Shown piece by piece: positions 57,172 through 64,000 of a stretch of DNA of 64,000 nucleotides. Below the pieces are notes generated by a model. It had not been told where the DNA came from, ran no database searches, and saw nothing but the letters and a program-made list of their open reading frames with translations. How positions within the stretch are numbered: the stretch's first letter is position 1; each line of letters begins with the position of its first letter. The stretch is from the human T2T-CHM13v2.0 reference genome, Homo sapiens. The position numbers and the translations under genes are program-made. The DNA lies in assembly GCF_009914755.1 (NCBI RefSeq), contig NC_060935.1; one strand, given 5' to 3'.

Positions 57172-60100
57172 GAAGATATGGTGTTTCCCTCTGGTACAAA
57201 CGGCAGACAGGCTCACTGTCTAGCATAAAATATTTCGCTTCCCTAAGCTCAATGTTTCTCTCCCACAGCGTGCCCCACCATGCATGCTGGCATCATCCAT
57301 GCCTCTCTGCATCACAGTGTGGGAATCAGGGCTCAGTAAACCAGCACGAAAACCCTGAGGCTCTGTCTAGTGCTACTGGTGTGAGTAATAAACTCCTTCA
57401 TCTCTGACCTGGGAGTCTTGTGTCTTCATGAAACTCTGGTGAGCTCACTTGTTAGCCAGCCAGGAGGGGAAATCTCAAAGCCTTCAAGGCTCTTGACAGT
57501 TTCGATGAGGAGGATGGGATACTCCCACAGACAAGGCTTTCTGGAAGGCGAAATAAAGAGGCTCTGCAGGCTGGGCTCCAAGGATATGAGAACCCTCCCT
57601 GGATCAGGTAGCAAATGTTCTCGTCCAAGTGATGGAGGGACAAGGGGCAAAGGTGCTGGAGTTTCGAGGCTGAGGATGAGACCCTGGATGGAACAGGCTG
57701 CCCGACTCATGCTGTGGGTGAAACTCACTCTCCCCCGGGTGAGCAGAGAGGGGCTCCTATCAGGACAATGAGGTGGTACTACCCGCAGTCCCAGCTGTGA
57801 GGCCACAGGGCTGCAGCTGCTGGGCCAAGACTCTGGCATGCTTTAGAACGGTGTCAGTGAGGAGGTGCTTGCTTTTCAATGCAAAGCTCTAAGCAAACAG
57901 AAAACAGCAGCCCTTCATCTGGCTGTGCCCTGAGCAACTGCGACACTGCTAGAAATCACTACATCAATGCATGCGGCTCACAGGCACAAGGCCACTCTCC
58001 CTCTGCTCCCATGGATCCCTGACACCCCTCTACCCTGACTGCAGCTGCTGTAAGGAGAGAGATGACTGGGGGCAGGTGGCTCCATCCCCAAGAAACCCCA
58101 AAGACCACCCAGGCCCACCCAGCATGCTGGGAAACTTCAGGGAGGGGAGGAGCTCCAGCTTTTAGGGCTCTGTTGGAGACAGGTGCCCAAGTCACAACCC
58201 CACCCGGTCTCATGGTGGGAGATGGTGCCTGGACCCAGCTGATGAGGCCAAGTTTATTGGGGAGAGGGAAGCTAATGTAACCTTGTAGGGGGAGAGGTTG
58301 GACCACGTCAACAAACTGGTTTCGTGGCCTCCACATCCAAAAGTAACATGGGAAGGGGTGTGTTCTACGCTTGTACTTCCCCATTTCACACGGGCCAAGA
58401 AGGACGCTCCTGACTGGGGAGCACTAACTAGAGCCCCTGGGCTACAACCCTGACGACTCCATCAAGCTGCCCATCTCTTGAGATTACCGACTGGGCAGAG
58501 GGAGACAGCCCCTCCCCGGCGGCACCTGGACTTGCCTGGCACGGTTCCCAGGCACCCACCTGTCACTATGCTCTTTTTGAAACTGAGCATCTGATCCATG
58601 GAGGGAGGCCTTGTGATTTTCAGGCTTGATATTCCCATTTTTGGGTGGGCCAGCTCTGACTCAATGGCCCACAAGATAGGAAAGGCCCCACAAGCCTCGC
58701 TGGTCAAACAACCATGGTCTATTCCACACTGAGGCCAGGCTGCACACAGAGGCATCCTGGCCCCCACGAAAAGCAATGGCTCTCGCGTCCATCACTTGAA
58801 ACAATGTCGCTGGCTTCATGGGGCCCTTGATTCAGAGTTTGCCCCTGAATGTCGGGGCTGGGTTCACTGATGGTTCAACAATACTGAAGCCCAATGATAC
58901 CCACTGGGCTGCAGCAGCTGCTCAACCCGAGGGCTGGCTCTGTAGAACTGCAGGTGCCCACGGCCATGCCACTTAGCGGGCAGGACTCAGGGCCCTTCTC
59001 AAACCTGTGGCCAACTCTCCTCCTGATGAACTTGGTTATGTTTTTACTGACCCATGGGCAGCTGCTGGCAGCAACCTCACTGTCTGGTCTGCCACTTGGA
59101 ACAGTCAGATTAAAGACGTCCTTCTTTGGGGCCACACATTCTGGCAAGTCACGGCGGCTGATTGAACATTCTGGGTCAGCATGTAGATGCCTGAGCTCAG
59201 AGTCCATTTGTTCTTTGATGAGACTGAATAAGACCAAGCTGTTGACTGGGCCTGCACTGCCCAGAGGCCACCACTACTACCCAGATGCACCATCATACCA
59301 GAGAGCACCCCATCCACCACTGCCTGGGCACAAAGCTAAACACTCTGTTCCTGACGCAGAGGCCATCTCTGCATACCAGACTTGTGACTCCTGCCCACAG
59401 CTGTCCCGTCTGTACCCCGTGAGGGCAGGCCCATTGCTCCTGCCTCCTCTCAGCCGATCAACCATCTCAAAATGTGGTGCTCTCCCCACCAGGGGTACCG
59501 GTGGGGGCCTCAGCAACACTGAGACCATTATAGGCTACCATGATGCTGTCCCAATACAATCAGCCAGCACTGCCCACACTGTTATGGTTGTTGAAACTCA
59601 CCTGTGGCATGACTTCAACTTTCCAGACCATCTACACTCAATGATGGTGTACCTTGTATCACAAAAGCCACTTGCCAGCAGGCAGAGCGTTGAGACACTC
59701 GAGGGACTGTCTACCCTCCCTACTCTCCACCCTTCCTACCTTCACCTCCTTCTGGTCCTTAGTAGAAAAGTCTGATCACTATATATGGCTAATCCAGGAA
59801 GGAATCATCTCCTCTTGGCCACATTCTGAGTAATGGCCAGGAAGAGAAGGATGGGGATTATATAGACCAACTGTGAAAACTCAAGGTTCCACCCTGACCA
59901 TTCTTGGGCATGAAGCTTCTTTCTTCCCTCTAGCAGCGAGCCCAGGCTGGTCTGGTTGGTGCAGCCTCCAGGTGACTACCCAGCCAAACGGGGACCTGGA
60001 GGGTTCAAATCTCATTCCAGTTCAGCCACCTGGATTCTCCTGTTGACTGACATGGTCCTGGGTTGCAAGGACAACACACACTTGGGAGAGTACACTGCTG

Positions 60101-61204
60101 ACCATGTCCTTCCACATGGGACAAAGCAGATACAATGGGTCCTCCAGCTTTATAAAAATGCCTCTTGCACGTGACCCTTCAGAATGAAAGTCTGGGGGCA
60201 AGGAGGGGACAATCAAGGAAGAAGGTGAAGTTGCAGCTATTGTGACGAGACACCAATTTGGGGGGTGGGTGGGGAAAGAACAGCAACCCCAGAGCCTGGA
60301 GAGGGAGGGGGACATTAACAGTCTTGCCTGTCTCCCATGGCGCATTCCCAACAATGGAAAATACAATGGTACGGTGACACCCCCAAAGGGTGGTACATTT
60401 CACTGGCTGCTGGGTCTAGCATTCTCTGCCTTTCTGAGTCATCCATGGCTCATTCACCACGATGGAAAATACACTGGTACAGTGACGCCCCAAAAGTGTG
60501 ATAAATTTCACTGGCTGCTGGGTCTGGCATTCTCTGAACCCAATTTGATGCCCATTCACCTTACTGTCACTGAGAAACCTGTCAGAAAGCACATGGGAGA
60601 ACTTCAGTCCTGCACGTCCCAGGCAAAACACAAGTCAACACCTGCTGATGTCTTCCCCAGCCCCAGCCTCACCCCTACTCCTGGAACCACTGGCCAGTCA
60701 TTCGGTGGAGTGGACAAATGCCGTCTGGCATGGACACATTGAACAGTTTGGACCCGCAGACTGAACTGAATTAATCTAACTGAACCAGGCGCCTTAAGGT
60801 CTATCAGTCATCCAGGAGTCCATGTTGGAGACACTGACAACCTCTATCCCCCAACCTATGGAGGTCCCTCTTGCAGGGGCTCCAGCAATTGTAAGCAACC
60901 CTTACTTTCCAGGGCACCGTGTGCCCACAGCTCTCTACTTCCTGTGTGGAAGCCAAGTGTCACCTTGCTTCCCTCCTGAGAACACGGACACTCGTACCTT
61001 AGAGGGGTCATAAGAGACCTTCGGGTATGTAAGCAGAAGCACTCCCTGCATGTCACATAGCCCTCGATCACTGAGAAGTTCCCTCCAAAGTGGAGCTGCC
61101 CTCAGTGACTTGGTTAACTTTTCGGGTTAGTGGCACATTATTTCTGTGAATGCTGCAGACAGCTATCCATAGGAGACATCTAACTAGAAAAGGTTGTAGG
61201 AAAC

Positions 61205-61510
61205 GTGTCCCAGGACTTAGGGAAGGTGATCAATGCCACTACCTCGGCCCTCGGCATTCAGCCCAGCCTCACCTCACCATCCAGAAGTGTCACAGATGAC
61301 AGGATTGCCTTTGACTTCTTCCTTGTGGTTCAAGGCGAAGTCTGTGCAATTGCCGATTCCTCCTGCCGTAGCTGGTTTATTAACACATGCCGCCAAGCGG
61401 AAAGGTCAACAGAAACTTACAGAGAAACTAGCTTGGTTTCTAAGGGGACCCTGAAGGCTTGTGGGATTTGCTCAGCTGGCTGGATCCAGGACCCTGGAAG
61501 TCACAATTGA
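61205..61510 (+). pseudogene. Retroviral env transmembrane-subunit remnant (immunosuppressive domain plus degenerate CX6CC)
   Basis: VTDDRIAFDFFLVVQGEVCAIADSSCRSW resembles the LQNRxALDxLxxxQGGVC-X6-CC consensus. Confidence 0.8.
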
Positions 61511-61668
61511 GGTTAATACTGCAGTCCTGTTGGCTGCTGTCTTAATTAAAGACTGCATGAGACAAATGGGGTGGATTTGGTCCCAATCTGCCTGTTAATC
61601 AGCATGGCCAACAGAATGGCACACTCAGGAAAATTTGCCAGGATGATGTAGACATGAGGGGTAGATAT

Positions 61669-62040
61669 TGCTCAGGAACAGTTCTTCATGGGTTTCTCAT
61701 GTTTTATTCAGGGACAGTTCTTCACGGGTTTCTCATGTTTTGTTTGGGGACAGTTTTTCATGGGTTTCTCATGTTTTGTTTGGAGACAGTTTTTCATGGG
61801 TTTCTCACGTTTTATTCAGGGACAGTTCTTCATGGGTTTCTCGTGTTTTATTCAGGACACTTCATGGGTTTCTCATGTTTTATTCAGGACAGTTCATGGG
61901 TTTTTCATGTTTTATTCAGGACAGTTCATGGGTTTCTCATGTTTTATTCAGCACAGTTCATGGGTTTCTCATGTTTTATTCAGCACAGTTCAAGGGTTTC
62001 TCATGTTTGCCCAGGAACCGTTCTTCATGGGTTTTCATGT
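61669..62040. repeat. Minisatellite, 11 copies of a 32-36 bp unit (attcagg[g]acag[ttc]ttcatgggtttctcatgtttt)
   Basis: Directly visible. Confidence 0.95.
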
Positions 62041-63781
62041 CAGGAATGTACAGACCCAGGCAGAAGCCTCAGTGGGAGGCAGTACTTGGTGGGTTTCTCT
62101 TGTTCTGTGTGTTGCGTGGGCAGAGGCACTGACTCTGCCTTTTTCTGGCCCATCCTCTAAGATGTTTGTACTGCGAGCAGCCTTGGAAGTTAGAGACAGT
62201 GTCTTCCTCTGGAGCAAAGGGCAAGTGTGCAGAAGTCATCCTTTATCAAGGATTCTATTTCCCTAAACTCAGCGCTTCCCTCCCACAACGCAACGTGCTG
62301 TGCATGTGGTGCCGGGTGGCCTTCCCTGCACTGTCCTTGGAAATGCTCTTCCTACTGGTGTTGCTGTGAGGAAGGAACTGACCTTCATCTCTGATCCAGA
62401 GGCTTCGTGTCTTCTACTGGTATCACGAAACTGAGGTAGGCTAACCTGGCGGGTCAAAGGTCAGACCCCACACAGTCCTTGCCACCACACATCTGCTCCT
62501 CCCATTAGAAACTGAGACATCACCGGAGACGTTTCCCTCTGCCTCTGCCCCGTTTTCCCAGCCACTCCTGAGACCTGGTGATCTTGCCACCTCCATCTCT
62601 CTCACATCCTGCTGAGACCTCCCCTTAGTATCCCCTGCTGGTGTCACTCTGGTCATGGACCACTGGAGCTGCCCACTCACCATCCTACCCCCATCTGCCC
62701 AGCCCCTTCCAGCATACGCCTGAGAAGGTCAGCCCCAAACGCCCTCAGCAGCCCATGCCCAGGCCTCAGTACACACCATCCCTCAGCAAGTTGTGCGTTC
62801 CCAACCAGGACCTGCTGAGGTCTCTCCAGAAACAGAATCCCCTCCCTCTGGGGAGAAGGACTTCGGCGCAAGGGAACAGGAAAACACTGCAAATATTTAC
62901 AGTGGACGTACGAAAAGGCACAGGAATACTGAGTAATTGAAAGGTGGAAATAAACGAGGCCCCATGAATTACCCTGGCAACCAGGTACAGCCGTGAAGAC
63001 AATGAAATTCACTGTGCCTATAACCCAAAGTCAAGATGAAACTGAGGTGTGGGCCCAAATGCACCGTGCTGGTGCTAGAGTGCCCTGCTCACTCATCTGT
63101 CGCCCACCACACCTCTCCTCATCTGCTGAGGGCCTGCCACGTCCCTGCACTGTGCTGGGTGCTGGCCTCACTGAGATAACTACGACCACCTCCAAATGGA
63201 GCTAAGGCCTACGTGGTTTCTCAGGGACCCTGACCTTCTCTCTAGCAGGGGTCACCCCTCACAGAGGCAAGTGATGGGTCAAGGTGGGTGGAAGCAAACC
63301 CTGGGGTTCTCTCAATACAGCAGGAGCGGGCCCCAGCTCCACGGCCCCCCACTCCCACCTAGATGGAGTCCCAGGAAGCTGCCCCACCACAGGGCAACAG
63401 CCAGGTCACAGCAACCACAGACGGCCAGGGAAGACGGAGCTCCCAGCTCCCAGTGATGAGGCTCTCCGGGTTGGGTTGTGAAATAGTCACATCTGCCATT
63501 CTCGGCTGAAATCCCCGACCACTCATTCCCTCTCCCTCCCCTTGTTCCAGGTTCTCATTCCTGAGGCTCCTCCTGGCCACCCCGGCTTCCCGCCATCCAC
63601 CAGCAGGTGTGTGATTCCCCCAGGGGCTCCCAGACCCCGTTCTGTTCCATTTCCTGGCTCAGCGGTGCTGTTCAGGGCTTATTCCAGTCGCTGGTGCCTC
63701 GCTGGTGACCAATCAGTGCCTGTGTAATTGACAAACTCTACCAAACCTCAGAGAGTTTCTCAGTAGAGAGAGTCACCCCAA

Positions 63782-64000
63782 CTTTATTATTTTTTATTCT
63801 TTTTCTTTTTGAGATTGAGTCCCACCCTGTTGTCCAGGCTGGAGTGCAGTAACACAATCACGGCTCGCTGCAGCCTCAACCTCCCAGGTTCAAGCAATCC
63901 TCCCATCTCAGCTTCCTGAGTAGCTGGGACTACAGGAGCACAACCCCCACACCCAGCTAAGTTTTTTTTATTTTTTGTAGACTCAGGGTTTCTCCATGTT
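63782..64000 (-). mobile_element. Alu (AluJ-like), truncated by the window end
   Basis: T-rich tail plus reverse-complement right arm. Confidence 0.9.

Larger units (their letters stand above)
56613..62484 (+). mobile_element. Degraded two-LTR class III endogenous retrovirus (MER76/MER76-int-like)
   Basis: Homologous LTRs 56613-57498 and 61669-62484; PBS-like sequence after the 5' LTR; protease motif LLETGAQVT (58170-58196); RNase H FTDGS (58863-58877); integrase CDSC (59383-59394); env TM remnant; PPT gaggggtaga before the 3' LTR. Confidence 0.8.

Noticed and set aside
58894-59775. 293-aa ORF as a possible domesticated retroviral gene
   Set aside because: RNase H motifs lie in other frames and only a short integrase CxxC stretch is in frame; a frameshifted pol remnant

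Overview
Human (hominid) genomic DNA, almost certainly an intronic part of SHANK2 (11q13), which is transcribed on the minus strand. The only convincing protein-coding sequence is one exon, the ATG exon of the long N-terminally extended SHANK2 isoform (CDS 21122->20916, MPRSPTSSEDEMAQSFSDYSVGS...VIHDLQQT, 69 codons). The rest is intron packed with interspersed repeats: about 25 Alus, a full-length SVA, L1 remnants, MaLR/ERV LTRs, Tigger1, MER82, MER30, MER53, MADE1, and a degraded ~5.9 kb MER76-like class III provirus with an env remnant. There are also many tandem repeats. Nearly all ORFs in the supplied track are repeat or low-complexity artefacts. I found no clear new gene system. The best second-look items are: a VNTR that is an array of EGR1/Zif268 sites; an Alu with an ~86-bp target-site duplication; a 92-bp ectopic copy of local sequence inside an MLT2 LTR; an SVA that reused an Alu's endonuclease site; an LTR-derived minisatellite; and a 219-nt stop-free ATG exon flanked by inverted Alus. 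Repeat family names come from recalled consensus sequences, not a database run, so subfamily calls and boundaries are approximate.
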